DNA of 64,000 nucleotides, from positions 81,840,001 to 81,904,000 of the forward strand of contig NC_043002.1 in NCBI RefSeq assembly GCF_006345805.1. The letters run 5' to 3'. Both the position numbers and the translations under genes were made by a program. Below are positions 1-13,490 of the stretch, piece after piece; the stretch's first letter is position 1, and the number at the start of each line of letters is the position of its first letter. Source of the stretch: Octopus sinensis (lineage: Eukaryota). A model generated the notes under the pieces. That model saw only the letters and a program-made list of their open reading frames with translations, searched no databases and was not told where the DNA came from.

Positions 1-154
1 TATTATCATTTCTTTGAAGTCTTGGAGTGCTGCTAAATGTAGTGTGACAATCAATATTGTGTTTGTCCACTTGACAAGCTGTTCATTACATTTCCATGCT
101 AATTTTAGTAGGAAATGACCTTAATTTCATAGGCTTAATAACTTTTATACCATT

Positions 155-157
<3 letters not shown>

Positions 158-222
<65 letters not shown>
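158..222. repeat. (TA)n microsatellite
   Basis: Perfect AT dinucleotide run seen directly. Confidence 0.95.
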
Positions 223-224
<2 letters not shown>

Positions 225-867
225 TTGTACGTGTGTGTATAGGGTTATGAGAAATTAAATTAGCTCCAATTCTGAAAACTCATTTATTATCTTGTCAGGG
301 ACTGAAATGCACACACACATACACAGAGAGAATAAAACGGCAGTGAAAAAGGGATATTAGTGTATTTACTTATATACTTAAGACACACATGTATATATAT
401 ATATATGTATATGTATATATTCATAAAGTCTGTGTTCGTTCTGTGTTTGCTTGTCTATCTGGTTGTGTGTGTTTTTTGTGATAGGTCAAAAAGATTAAAA
501 GATATCATTATGTATATATCAGTTAAATGCAACATCTGTTTAAAGTGGTTTGAATGAGTGAGACTAGAGAATCTTGAATGTTGAATGAAAGCTTATCTTG
601 TACTGGCTTTTTTTTCTACACAGGTGTAACAAACGATAGCTGAAGTAAAGAGGTAGGGCGTGGTCTGGTGACTTGGGTGAAGGAGTGCAACTTCTAAATG
701 GAGAGTGGGTGAGGAAGACCTCAGATAGGGAGGTTTGGTTAAGGGATGTGGAGCATGAATTTGAGAGATTTAGGGATGGAGTAAAGTAGAGATAAAGGTA
801 ATATCTAAGAGCGGATTTTGGTGAGTAGGCTAAATATGGCAGCTGAATAGAAACAGTAACCAACTCA

Positions 868-902
<35 letters not shown>

Positions 903-1107
903 GTATATATAATATTATCTTTATATAATTATGGAAGTGTTATTTTACTCTCCATGATATTAGCTACATGTGTTTCCTTAAGGGTGTTAAACAATTGACA
1001 GTAGTTTTAGAGAACTTAAAATGTTGGTTTTTGTTATTTGGTTTTTGTTTCTACTATTTTATCATCTGTTGTTGTTAATAAATAATAGTAATAATAATAA
1101 AGAATAA

Positions 1108-1360
1108 CCCCACTAGGAACAGACCACATCCTACACAAAATACTATTAATCCAATAATTCAATATAAACAAAACAAACCTACAAATACAAAGCACACGCT
1201 ATACAGCATTTACCCAGTGAAATAAACTTCCACCAGCAAGCTAGAAAACCAAAGCATTCACACCTCAAGAAGAGGAGAAAAAAAAAACTTTATAGTACCA
1301 AGAAGAGTTTACATACTCCCAACAGCAGAAAAGAACACACAATGCTGCACACACCCCATC
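1108..1360 (+). mobile_element. R4/Dong-type LINE 3' end fragment
   Basis: Translates LGTDHILHKILLIQ*, resembling the LLGTAHILRK-type C-terminus of R4/Dong RLE elements; preceded by (AAT)n. Downstream boundary approximate. Confidence 0.5.
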
Positions 1361-1374
1361 AACATGGAGGTGTA

Positions 1375-1545
1375 GCAGGTGATTGCATTGACCCCAGTAC
1401 TCAACTGGTACTTACTTTATCAAGCCCTGGAAGGATGAAAGGCAGAGTTGACCATGGCTGAATTTGTGCTCAGAACCTAGAGACTGACAAAATGCTTCTA
1501 AGCATTTTGTCCAGCATGCTAACAATTCTACCAGCTCATCACTTT
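1375..1545 (-). mobile_element. tRNA-derived SINE family B copy
   Basis: Reverse complement of the family B body (gaccccagtactcaactggtact...ggatgaaaggcagagttgacc...gctaacaattctaccagctca). Confidence 0.85.
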
Positions 1546-1737
1546 TAGCAATAACAACAATAATAATTGAGGTACAAGGTCTGAAATTTGATGGGAAAAG
1601 CTAGTTGGTTATAATCAACTGCTGTACTTGACAACAAAATTGACCTTGGTTTGTGTTTCAACTCAAAATGTAAAAAGCCAGAACAAACACTGCAGGGCAT
1701 TTTACTCAATATTCTACCAAGTCCATCATTATCATTA

Positions 1738-1922
1738 CCACCATCATCATTTTTATACCTAGCTCTTCCAGGCTTGCATGGGTTGGATATATTCCTTTCA
1801 GTACAGTGTTTTGTCTTTTGTTACATTCCTTTATTATCTCCTTTCTGAGATTCAACATCTTGAGATCAGCTCTCACTACCTCTGTCCATGGCTTCTTTAG
1901 TTTTCCTCTTCCACAGTTTACT
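1738..1922 (-). mobile_element. RTE-clade LINE 3' terminal fragment
   Basis: Minus strand reads NCGRGKLKKPWTEVVRADLKMLNL, like the RTE C-terminal GRGRPRKTWxEVVxxDL motif, followed by a ccaacccatgc...(ATG)n tail. Confidence 0.7.
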
Positions 1923-3629
1923 TCTTGGTTTGATAGTTTATTTCATCTATTCTGGAATAATAAAACATGTGTTTGTGCTTCCTTGAAGGATAGATATTGA
2001 GTCATTTAGTCTGCCCTTGGAATTATAATTATCCTTTTTTTTTTTCTTCTTCTTTTTAAATATTTCATACACATATCAAACATGTATGCATGAGTTGATA
2101 GCAGTGAGCAGGTAGAATCGTTAGTGAATCGGTTAAAATGTTTAGCAGCATTTCTTCTGCTTCTTCACATTTTGAGTTCAAAATGTGCTCAAGTCAGCTT
2201 TTGAAACAAGTACCATTTAAACGCTCTGTTAAGTGGTTGGCATTTGGAAGGGCATCCAGCCATGGACACCATGCCAAAGTAGACAACAGAGCTTGTTAAA
2301 GTTCTCTGGCTTGCAAGATGAATTGAACCCTGGGCTTGCTGTAATCGACTTACCCTCACTTTTAAAATTAATAGCCTTCCACACACAAAATATATATGTA
2401 TATTGAAATATTGAAATTATCTTTGTAAGAATATTTGTCCTATACATTTTTTTTTTTTTTTCGCCTTAATGGCTTACATTTTGATATTCTAAGCTTCGAT
2501 AGTTATACAAATTCATACATTTGTAAAATTAAGACAATTTGTCTTATGCTGTTCTTATCTTTGTTATTACCTTCTTGGAATAGAAAAAGGAAGAAAAAAA
2601 AAAACCAATTCTTTTTTTTCTTCTTCTGTTTTTCTCCCCTCTTGTTTAAGAATTGAAATGAATATATCAATATATTTATGACTGTCAATGTAAGATAGAC
2701 ATTCTCAAGAGACTGGAGTATTTCATGCAAGATGTTTGTCACTGAAACTTTTATTATAACACAAGGCTGTTTTTCTCTTTTTTTTCGTTTTCCTTCGCTC
2801 TCCTACTGTCCATTGAAAGAATGATTAAGTCTATAACTTTGTCACTCAGTGATGGTAAACATTTTGTTTCTATAAATGAGAAAAATTATCCAAGTGTAGA
2901 GTCTACTTCAAGTATTTGTTAGTTTATATTCAAATTAAATTGTATTTTTTTAAATATTTTTCATTCCACCATACATGTCCCTTGGCATAAAGAATATGGT
3001 ATGACATCAAAATTTTATATACAGTAGTATTAAGATAGGAAGCAAAACTCCATACCATTTTTTTTCCCGTCTTTCTTCCATATGGAATTCACTTCTTCAT
3101 CCTGTCTTAAAGGTTATGTTATCTCTTCAGTATAATGTCTTCAAACAAATCATCTTATGCGAATGATTCATTGAACCATAACAAATCTTGATATATTTGC
3201 CATGACTTCTTTTTAACCAGTTCATTAACTTAGCTGACCTATACGGTTGTGGCATATAACACACAAGCCCAGATGTTAAATGCATCGTCTTTTCTTTGCA
3301 CCTACATTTTCTAGTAAGGTAATATAAGATTAGGCTAATTGTGTTACACATACATATTGAAATGCTTATCGACTGAGGCTGCATATTTTAGAATATTTTT
3401 CCTCGTATCGCTAAAATCTGATGCTACTTCTGCTTAATATGTCTCTTAAAGTTGCAATAGTTAATCAAAACAAAATTATTGGGTTATTTCACTTGGCTGT
3501 GACTTGATAAGACTTAAGTGGAAATCTTCTATTACTTACCTGTATAATAAAAGAATGACTGTAGTATGTGTACATGCATGTGTGTGTGTGTGTGTGTGTG
3601 TGTAGATAGATAAATATAGAGAGAGAGAG

Positions 3630-4252
3630 ATGGTTAAATTGACGTTCATTTTATATTCTTAATTTTGCTCATGCACATTTTGATTTTGTCAGCTATACAG
3701 TATAGTAGGGTCAGTTGGGCACTGTCTGTGAGAAAAACAGCACCATGATGCAATTCACTCTGCTAGAAATTTGGAAATGACATGCTGTACTGCTTGGCAT
3801 TTGCGCTGGATGCTCCAATATGAACATTTCAGTGTTTGGGTGTCAATCAGAGGACATGTGCCAAGAATGATAAAAATCAAACATCCAGTCAACATCATGG
3901 TGTTTGGAGTGATCACTAGTGATGGCAACGTTATGCCTTCATTCATCTTCCCACATGGCCTCAGACTACATCAAGTGCCTGGAGGTGCTAGTACTGCCCA
4001 AGGTCAAGAGGGTGGCTACTGGATGACCCTATGTCTGGCAACAGCGGCACTATGCCACACAAGCAGGAGAACCCCGTCAGATAATTTCTGCATCCACATC
4101 ACCCCTAACATCTGGCCACCTAGCACCCCAGATTTCAACCCCCTTCATTATGTATGGAGTGCAGTTTGCAAGAGACCAACAAAACTCCTTGTAACAACAA
4201 AGATGAACTGAAGGCAAGGATTATGGCAGCATTCACCAACTTAAACAAGAAG
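3630..4252 (+). mobile_element. Decayed, internally deleted Tc1/mariner (maT-like, about DD37D) transposon
   Basis: N-terminal MMQFTLLEIWK*HAVLLGI joined to KHPVNIMVFGVITSDG...CHTSRRT...IWPPSTPDFNPLHYVW. WPPxSPDxNPxD is the Tc1/mariner catalytic motif. Stops and frameshifts present. Confidence 0.85.
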
Positions 4253-4893
4253 TGAAGCCAGTCACACAGATATGGTTGCAGGACAAGGAATATTGCTTGT
4301 TGGAATTGGAGTGAACACCATTCTGTGTATCTTATGTATAGGCATAGCTGTGTGGTACAGAAATTTGCTTCTCAGTTGAGTGCTTTCACTATAGCTTGTG
4401 GTTGACTAATGCCTTATAAGGGAATTTTGGTAGATAAAAACTGAAAGTGGTTTGTGACATATATTTTGTGTCTGAGTTTGTGTGTTTGCAAAATGTTTAC
4501 AATCTCTTGTGAGCTACACTATAGGTAGTTATGACATCATTTTGTGGTTGGGTAGCTACTGGTAGCATTTATTGGCATTACTTGTCAAAAATCATCCACT
4601 AACACTGCTTAAATCAGACCAAAATAAAAACCCTGCCTCAAGTGCCTCTTCATCGTATCTTTTCTTGTTTAGAAAAACATATATTAAACATGCAAAATAT
4701 TTGTGTGTGATAGAGAGAGAGAGGCAGGCTTTTTTTTTTAATGTATATCTGCATTCATTTCATTTAATTAACCAGGTTTAATAGTGGACTAGATCAAGGG
4801 AAACTAAAATTCAAATTATACTGATTGTCATGTGACTCCCCAAAGCTTTGATTGGGCATTCTGAAAAGAATTGTAATCCCCCCCTCTCTCTCT

Positions 4894-4900
4894 CTCTATG

Positions 4901-4946
<46 letters not shown>

Positions 4947-4999
4947 CACACATACATACATACATACATACATACATACATACATACATACATACATAC
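4894..4999. repeat. Compound (TA)/(TG)/(CATA)n microsatellite
   Basis: Seen directly; it generates the MYVC-type ORFs. Confidence 0.9.
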
Positions 5000-5143
5000 A
5001 AGTTCAGTAAGTGCATGCACAAAACTATCGGCCCTTGAGTCACTTTTGTGACAATGAACACACGTGTATGTATGTATTATTCATCTTATCACATACTACT
5101 TATGTATATAATATACATGTCTTTTTATGTATATGTGTAGGTG

Positions 5144-5175
<32 letters not shown>

Positions 5176-6079
5176 GTTCATCTGATTGACTACTACCAGA
5201 GCTAACAACCAAGCAGGCCAATGAAAACATTAGCAGAGCAATTATTTTTGCCTCTGATTTTGTAAAAGAAAGTGGTCGCTCATTAATGCAAGAAATATTA
5301 GTGTGTGTGTGTGTGTGCGCGCGCATGTTCTTTCTGTGCTCATGATAGATTATCTTTTGTTAATGCTTTTTCAAAAAAAAAAAAAAAAATTTTTTTTTTG
5401 TTTTTGTTTTTAACTGAAGTATATTTTAAATAATTTTTTTTTTTTTTTATAAAAGTTAATGATTTTTCAAGTGCAAATGTAGGGCACATTTGGTGCAAAC
5501 TAATTTGTCTTCCTGCAAAAAAATCCTACCATTTTCTCATCAACTTGTTGAAAGCTATCATTATCAGAGATTGTTTAAGAAATAGTTTTAACATAGTGTT
5601 GTCAGATATTTATTATTTCGGCTTGTCTGTTGAAAATTTCTCCTTGCTTAAACTTTTATAACAAAAAAAAAAAAAAAAATTTTTACAAGTAATTTTAAAT
5701 TATCTTTCTATTATATCTGATTTTTGTTACGTTTTTAATACACATTTTTTATTTATTTAATTAAATTTTAGTTTTGTTTTAAATTAGGTTAGTAATCTCA
5801 ATTCTCTCTCTCTCTGTTCAGGTTTGATGTCTGTATGTATACTGTATGTGCCATAATGTAGTTTAAGTTTAATTTTGAAGAAATTTTAAAAACTGAAGTG
5901 CCTAATTATATCTTTGTTTTTTTCATCACAAGCACACACATACACACATGTGGAAAATATAAGGGGATAAAACATATGTACTAATTACCACCTTGGTACA
6001 ACGAACATAGTTAAATGCACCAAAAGCTCACTAACATTACTTGGAATATCAAAGTGCTCTCTTACTCTTTACTGTTTTA

Positions 6080-6455
6080 CTTGTTTCAGTCATTTGACTG
6101 TGGCCATGCTGGAGCACTGCCTTTAGTCAAACAAATCGACCCCAGGACTTATTCTATGTAAGCCTAGTACTTATTCTATTGGTCTATTTTGCTGAACTGC
6201 TAAGTTACGGTGACGTAAACACACCAGCACCGATTGTCAAGCGATGTTGGGTCGACAAACACAGACACACAAACACACACACATATATATATGTATATAT
6301 GACAGGTTTCTTTCAGTTTCCGTCTACCAAATCCACTCACTAGGCTTTGGTCAACCTGAGGCTATAGTAGAAGATACTTGCCCAAGGTGTAAACGCAGTG
6401 GGACTGAACCCAGAACTATGTGGTTGGTAAGCAAGCTACTTACCACTCCTACGCC
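6080..6455 (-). mobile_element. tRNA-derived SINE family A, near full length
   Basis: Head with A/B-box-like motifs (copies read tggctgtgtgg...ggttcagtccc), CORE-like ccttgggcaagt, internal CA/TA microsatellite and tail ccagcatggccacagtcaaatgactgaaacaag. More than 10 copies in the window. Confidence 0.9.
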
Positions 6456-6734
6456 TATTTTTTTTTTATTGCGGCTTTTTTTAAAAGAAGAAAAGTATAC
6501 ATATGTATATGTATGTACTTCTCTCTCTCAGCCCCCCCCCCCCCCGATTTGGACGGCAAGGCCATGTTGAAAATAAAAATATGCACCTTACATGGATTTG
6601 TATTTATTGTTCTAGCATAAAGCTTGACAACCCCCATCAGTGACCTCTTGGTGCAATCTTAGTTATTAAGAGTGACAAGTTGGTAATTGCAATGAGATGA
6701 ATGGTTGTTGATTTTGTTGATGATATTGTTAAGT

Positions 6735-7340
6735 TCCAGGTTTAACTATGCTGTGTAAATTATGATCAAAGAGTGTTCCAGAAATACCCCTGTCTCTCTC
6801 TGACCCATGCCAGGCCTTGCACATCTAGGACTACATTATCCAGTGTGCACTTCCCTCTTCCATGATGACATTATGACATTTATGGATAAGCCGGAAAACT
6901 GGCAGATTTGTTAGCACGCTAGACAAAATGCTTAGCAGTATTTCGCCAATTGCTACATTCTGAGTTCAAATTCTGCCAAGGTCAACTTTGCCTTTCATCC
7001 ATTTGAGGTCAATGAAATAAGTACCAGTTATGCACTGGGGTTGATGTAATCAGGTAGACCCTCCCCTCAAATTCCAGGCCTTGTGTCTATAGTGGAAAGG
7101 ATTTTGACATTTAGGGATGATTTGGCTGCTATTGCTAGAAGTTTGAACAGGCATGTAGATGAAAGCATTCCAGAAATACTCTTGGACTTGTCTATGTGAT
7201 GATATCTTAGTCATTGCACATCTAGCACTACATTATCCAATATGCCCTTCTCTTGTCAAGATGGCTGTGTATCATTTTAGAATTATTTGACTGCTATTTC
7301 TAACTGATCCAGCAGGCATGTAGTTACGCTTCATTGTTTG
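6735..7340. repeat. Interspersed repeat family F, two tandem copies, the first split by a SINE B
   Basis: Motif catctaggactacattatcca...gatttggctgctatt recurs near 6820, 7217, 17955/18190, 25540 and inverted near 13600, 34230, 46560. Class unknown. Confidence 0.65.
6890..7100 (+). mobile_element. SINE family B copy with degenerate TSD
   Basis: tggcagatttgttagcac...gagttcaaattc...gcctttcatcc...aagtaccagtt, flanked by tgacatttatggat / tgacatttagggat. Confidence 0.85.
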
Positions 7341-8113
7341 CTCTGACAAGTAAATAGTTTTAAAGAGCCGTTTCATATATCACTCAGGTCGTCTGAGAAT
7401 ATATTTATATTTACTCCTATCAAAGGATGGAATCTTAATTTTCATAGACACTTTTTATTATATGATTTTATTTGTAAATATTTGTGTTTCATTTTGTTTT
7501 CGAATTTTCAAAATTCTAAGCCTTTTATTATTGAGGGAGAGAGGTTCACAAATGAAGGATATGTTGACAAATTTCAAAGAAAACTTCTGTGATTTTATGA
7601 AAACAATATTAGTATATTGAAGGGAAAATATATTCTCCTGCCATCCTAATAATTATTTAAGTAAATTTATTCGGCAGGGTTTGCTGAGCAACAGCACATT
7701 CTCGTAACTTAACTAATGCCAACAAACAGATTGCTATTGCTATTTTGTTAAGTGCGCTGATATTGGATATTCCAAGTGCTAATCCTTATGACAACATATG
7801 TCGCGCAGATGGAGTGGTCATGGCCCAGAAGCTAACTAAACAGTAAGGTTTAGCCAAATATAGAAATATAGCGGCACCCCTGTGTTTACAGGCAAGGTGA
7901 GGGTGGTGAACTTGGTCCTAGATGTTTTAATTTAAAGTGACACTTATAACTGTGCAGCAGCTAAAAGCTACATATACATTATTATTATCATCATGTGTGT
8001 GTGTGTGTGTATATATATATATGTATAAATTCCATTTGGGTTTTAACCTTTGAGTTTGTAATAAAGCAGATTGCCTTCTCTATTTTCCTTATATATATAT
8101 ATGTGTGTGTGTG

Positions 8114-8300
8114 TGTGGCCTAGTGGTTAGGTGTGTTATACTCATGATCATGAGATTGTGAGTTTAATTCCCACACCAGCTGCTCATTGTGTTCTTGAGC
8201 AAAATAGTTCATTTCATTTTGCCCCAGACTAAATGTTGGCCTGCTTGTCTCGCTAGTGAGATGGCATAGTTCAAAAGCTAAAACGGTGCAAAATGCATTG
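8114..8300 (+). mobile_element. tRNA-derived SINE family G copy
   Basis: A box tggcctagtgg, B-box-like gagtttaattcc, then ttgtgttcttgagcaa. Related copies at 23470-23640 (-), 40213-40411 (-), 44843-44985 (+). Confidence 0.7.
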
Positions 8301-8621
8301 TTATATATATATATAATGTGTGTAGAGAGAGAAAGATTGTCAGCATTATAAGAATTCAGAAACTTCAGGAATGTGAAATAATTTGTTTTCGGAGTAGGGG
8401 ATCTTGAAGCAAATAAAGCTACATATATAAATCTGTAAATATTAGGCTAAAAAACCCGTTGCATAGAAAAAGTTGGAGGCTGTCCATGCTTACAAGAGAT
8501 GTGGGTTCATTTCCTACAGACAGCCTTTGACTATTACTATCCAAAAGCAGTTTTTTTAAAAAACCCAATACCTACATGCTATATTTGCTTTGAAGGTTCA
8601 GCAATCACATACACACACATA

Positions 8622-8653
<32 letters not shown>

Positions 8654-8903
8654 AGATATAGATAGATATTGTTTTTATAGTAGTGACATCCATATCATTT
8701 AGACTTTATGGTTCACAATTTATTTACATTATTATTATTTTTTTTTTTATTTCAGTGCAGTTTACTGTTGAAAGCTGCAAAGCTTTGCATTTCAACAGTT
8801 TTTAATCTAAGGAAGGTGTAATTTTTTTTTTATTCATTTTATTTGGTCTCACAGTATTAATATCCACAAATCTCGTGATTCTGTGAGATGTCCCATGAAT
8901 TTT

Positions 8904-8904
<1 letters not shown>

Positions 8905-8970
<66 letters not shown>

Positions 8971-8980
8971 TGAGAGAGAG
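8905..8980. repeat. (GA)n homopurine microsatellite
   Basis: Seen directly. Confidence 0.95.
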
Positions 8981-11900
8981 TGTGTACCCATCATTTTTTA
9001 TTGCTTGGCTGTTTATCAATCTGCTTTTAACAGATTTGATATCTTTTTAGACCATTTTACAGATATATCACTCCCTGCATCATTTTGCATACAGATCTAG
9101 GAACTATTGATTTCTTATCAACCCTAAGTTCTTTCATCAAGCATATCATTTTAACTTTGATTGGTAATCCATGTTTTGCAAAAGAAAGAATTCGCTGCAA
9201 GAAAAGGTTCCAGGGAGAGGAGACAGGGATGATCAAAAACTTCTGCCTTACTACTTCATAAGTTTAAACAAGTTCAGTTTTCCTCTAAATAACCAGAGTA
9301 TTGTTGATGTTCCACTTGATTCTCTCTCCTCCCCTCCCTCACTTTGGTGCCTTGTACTCAGACTCTGTGCTTTTTCTTCTGACTGTTTAATTCAATGGGA
9401 ATGGGAATATTTTTCTGGATATTATTATCATGGGGTGTTATCCCTCTGGGCAATGCAATCATTGTCCAAGATCCTCTTACAGGAAGTAAGACTCTACTTC
9501 AGATATAAGTGGGTTAAAATAGTATTCTCATCTTTCCTTCTTTTTTTTTTTATTATTTGTTCTTTTTTCTATTTTCCCCTCTACTTCTCACCATTCTACA
9601 TTGCTTTCTCCTGGAAGCATTACTGAAATCATTGAAGCTTAACTCACATTTTATTTTTTTTTTTCTGTTCTCCTTTTATTCCCTTCTTGCCATTAGTCCA
9701 TTTATACTTCTTAATTCATCTGCTACTGTGAACTTGGCTCACTCTAACACTGCAAGACATTTTTAGTTTTTAACATGTTCTCATTTCTAATGAATGTTAA
9801 ACTAAGGTTGTTATTTTAAAAGTAAGTTTAAGAATAACCACAAAACATTTATTGATGGTGTCAGTGGAACTCCATACTGAGAGTAGAGCCACATAATATT
9901 ATAAAAATGTTAACTGTATCTTTAAGTTTTGCATGACAGCTTATTCTGCCAGTCTAATTTATCCTTTTTTTTAAACTTTCCTAATTGTGGTGTAAAAGGC
10001 AGTAACTCAACACACCATTTTATAACAGAGTTCACACACACACAATCAGGTTTTGATTTAGTAACTTTACTCACATGATATTTTATTGGTCAACTGCAGT
10101 AAGGAGTTGAACCTAGAATCAGGTGATTATAGAATGAACACTTTAACCGTCCTGCTATATTTATTTTTATATTTATATTTGAATTGATCATCAGTTGTTA
10201 GACATTTATTAGAAAAATATAATTTTAAAACCTTAATTGACCAATATGTATTTTATATTAAATTTTCTTATTACAGTATAAAAACAAAAACAAATGTACT
10301 TTATCAATTTTGCCAACAATTTCCAAAATACACATCTTTCATTATTAATTTATTTTTTAGGTTCCTTAGTATTTGTTAGAATTTTTTTGCTTCCTTTCCA
10401 TTTTACTTCCAATTTAATTTTTTATCTAATATAATTATTAAATAGTCAATTTGAATATAGTTTTCCACACTGATATGAAAAGCAAGATTTTTCAAATTAT
10501 CATCTGACGTAAAGTTTATTCATATTTGTACACTTTGCTTCTCCTATCTACTACTTTGTCATTACCATTCTGCTGTTCTGCAGTGTCAGTCACCTCTCAC
10601 TCCCAGTCCCTTTGCCCTACTTATTTTTACCAGCCTCATACCATCCTGATACTTCTTCATAATACTTTTTTTTTTTATATTAATCCTTTTCCAGCTCCAC
10701 TCAATCACTCCCACTCTCTTTTCTAAAATAGAAGCAGTTGTGTAGCTACACTACAGCAAGAAACCTGTTCTCTCACTGTTTAACCCCTCATCTCTTTGCA
10801 TAAAGTTGTCCTCTTGGACTTTGTACTCTTGCAAGCTGCACGGTAGTCTTACTTGTGTTGGGGGCACAAAGAAAGCATCCACTGCATGCTTTATCTAAGT
10901 TGGCATTTGGAAGGATATCTCACTGTAGAAATCATGCCAAAGCAGACACTGGAACATGATGCAGTCCTTGGATCCATTGGATCCTGTGAGACCATCCAAA
11001 CCATGCCAGTATGGACAAGGATTTTAAAACATGATTTGTTGATATTAAATCCTTATATCTAAATACAAGTACCTATCATTTATGTCACCCTGTTTACTGT
11101 TTCATCAAAGGAGTACATGGTTACTTTTCTACCACATAGTTTAGTCTCTTTGATTTGGATTTGTTCATTAATTTCTTTTGGTTTGGCTTGTGGCCTTTTA
11201 AAATTTTTTTTACTTTCATTGAAATCCTGACCCTGTCCTTTATGAGCAAGCTGACCTGAATGTGATCAAACTGTTTGCACAGACATAGCTTTGTCGTTAA
11301 GGGTTTTGCTTTTTATAGCACTGTCCTTCACGGTTCAATCGTATTGTGTGAAACCTTAGCTGTGCATCTAGTAATATAGCCTCAGGTTGATCAATGGTGT
11401 GTGAATTGAATTTGATAGACAGAAACTGCGCAGAAGTCCACCTTGTGCGTACATATGCACATTAGTTTTCATTGCTGATATAAATTAGCTGTGTGTGTGT
11501 GTGTGTAATATATGTAAAAAAAAAAAATGGAGGGAGGGGGACCCAGTGCACTTGAAATGTTTTCACCAAGCTACACACAGTCAGACATTCCTGTCACCAT
11601 CAGAAGCCCAGTGAACCAATGATTGGTTTTTCAGAAACCTGTAAGCAACAGCACTATTGTTCACCAATTGTGATACGAAATGAATAATAAATAAACTGTG
11701 CTAAACATGACCAAACTAGGCTAAATGTGATTAAACTATAACATGGTTTAGGTATATTATTTATGTTATGTATGTCATTAGGAAGGCCATAAACACATTG
11801 TTTGTCATTCCCTGCCCTTTGTTGGTAGGTTTTTCCTATCCCAGTATGAAATCACTTTTGTAGTGGTTCACTGGCATACACCATAGAGTAGAGATGAATC

Positions 11901-13079
11901 TCTTTCCACAAGCTGTGTGTACACAACCTGGTTTTTATTGCTGGATGGTGATGGTGATGGTGGTGGTGGTGGTGACAGCTACAGCAATAACAACGGTGAC
12001 AACCGATGCTGTTGCCATTTCAGTCATTTCATTTCATTTCATTCTCCCCTCGTCTCCATCGCAGATCTTGTGTGAAATATTATTTCTGTTCCAACTCTAT
12101 TCAGAAAAGACAACCCCATAGTTTTTAATGCTGCCGCTATTTTTCACCAACTATAGATTTTCATACTTCTAGTGTTATATATGTTTTTTATCATCGTCAT
12201 CATCATTGTCATCGTCATTATTATTATTATTATCATTATTATTATTATATCTGAAAAGATTAAAATTTTCACCAGACAATCAAAATTTGTTCTGTGAATT
12301 ATTTTGTTGCGACAATTGTTTTCCATTGTAGTTCTTCACTATTTTATCATCAATATTAATGTTTTGTGTGTGAGAGTGTGCATGTATGTATGTATGTATG
12401 TATGTGTGTATGTGTGTGTGTGTGTGTATAACTATATGTATGAGTAAATTTTGAAATTTAGATTTTATAAATTTCGAGATTGTATTATAATTTTTTTCCT
12501 CATTTTTTGTTCTACCTTTGTTTTTTGTTTTTTTATTTTTTTAAATTTTTTTTTTGTATTTTTAATGGTAATCTTTTAATAAATTTTTTGATATATTCAT
12601 TTTTGTATTTGTATGTGATATAATCACGCTGTAGTTGGGCATTCATTCTCGTATACATCATAAATCGTGTTATAGGACATCTCCTTCCTCCCCCTTCCCT
12701 CCCCCCGCTTCCATCTCCTCTGTTGGTTGTAAGCGTAAACTACCTGTTCCATAATAACAGCTCAGAGATAGAGATGATATATTGACCAACGTTAAATATT
12801 ATCTAAAAACTCAATCAGTAAGAGGTGTTATTGTTACTTTGGTGAAAAAAAAACCCCCCAAAAAAACCAAAAAAAAAAAAATAATACATGAGGTGGAGGC
12901 AGCATATTCTGCTGTTAGATTAGATCTCATTGCTACTACCTTGTCATTTTTCTTTTCTTTAATAGCCACAAGAAATGATAGTTGCTTAATATTGTCAAGC
13001 AGTGCTAAAATAGTGAACGCTTAAACTACCAATGCAATTTTTATGTGTGTGCTGTGTGGCTTTATACGAACATGTACGC

Positions 13080-13490
13080 ATGTCTGTGTCTACCATACGT
13101 TCTGTAGTCATAGTAATGTTTCCCTTTTAGAATCTTCCCGCCACCCCCTTAATATCCACTTTGGTAGATCCACCCATCCACTCTCCCATTCCTCTTTCTA
13201 TTGTTACCTCTTTTTATTTCTACAATGGCCTCTGTCTCCTGTTCTTGCAAACTTGCTGTCTGCACTTCAACCAAAATGCTTCATTGCACTTATCATCTCT
13301 CACATCACTTTTTTTCTCTCTCTCTCTCTCTCTCTTGTCTTTTTCTTTCTTCTCCCCTTCTCTCTCTCTTAACCCTGATAATATTTACAGCCTTTCTCTC
13401 CCTGAAATGCCATCATATTTGAAGATGTGTTTGCCCATGTAATTCTTCAATTTTAGCAACTTTCCACAAATTTCACCGACTTAATCAAGC
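13080..13490 (+). mobile_element. Highly decayed CR1/Jockey-like LINE 3' fragment
   Basis: Frameshifted HPLSHSS..FYCY..FYNGLC.PVLANLL resembles the QPLSHRRxVxSLxLFYRYYNGxCSxELxxL C-terminal signature. Confidence 0.4.

Noticed and set aside
564-863. 99-aa minus-strand ORF
   Set aside because: No recognisable domain or splice structure; at most a faint LINE C-terminal resemblance I cannot support.
5781-5826. TAG|GTTAGT and CAG|GTTTGA juxtapositions
   Set aside because: Weak tract or weak donor; expected by chance in T-rich DNA.
8114-8190. tRNA-like sequences with A and B boxes (also 40340-40411, 44845, 50229)
   Set aside because: SINE heads continuing into repeat bodies; no complete cloverleaf.
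9171-9626. 151-aa plus-strand ORF
   Set aside because: Low-complexity F/S/L-rich end, no recognised motif; possibly old retroelement debris.
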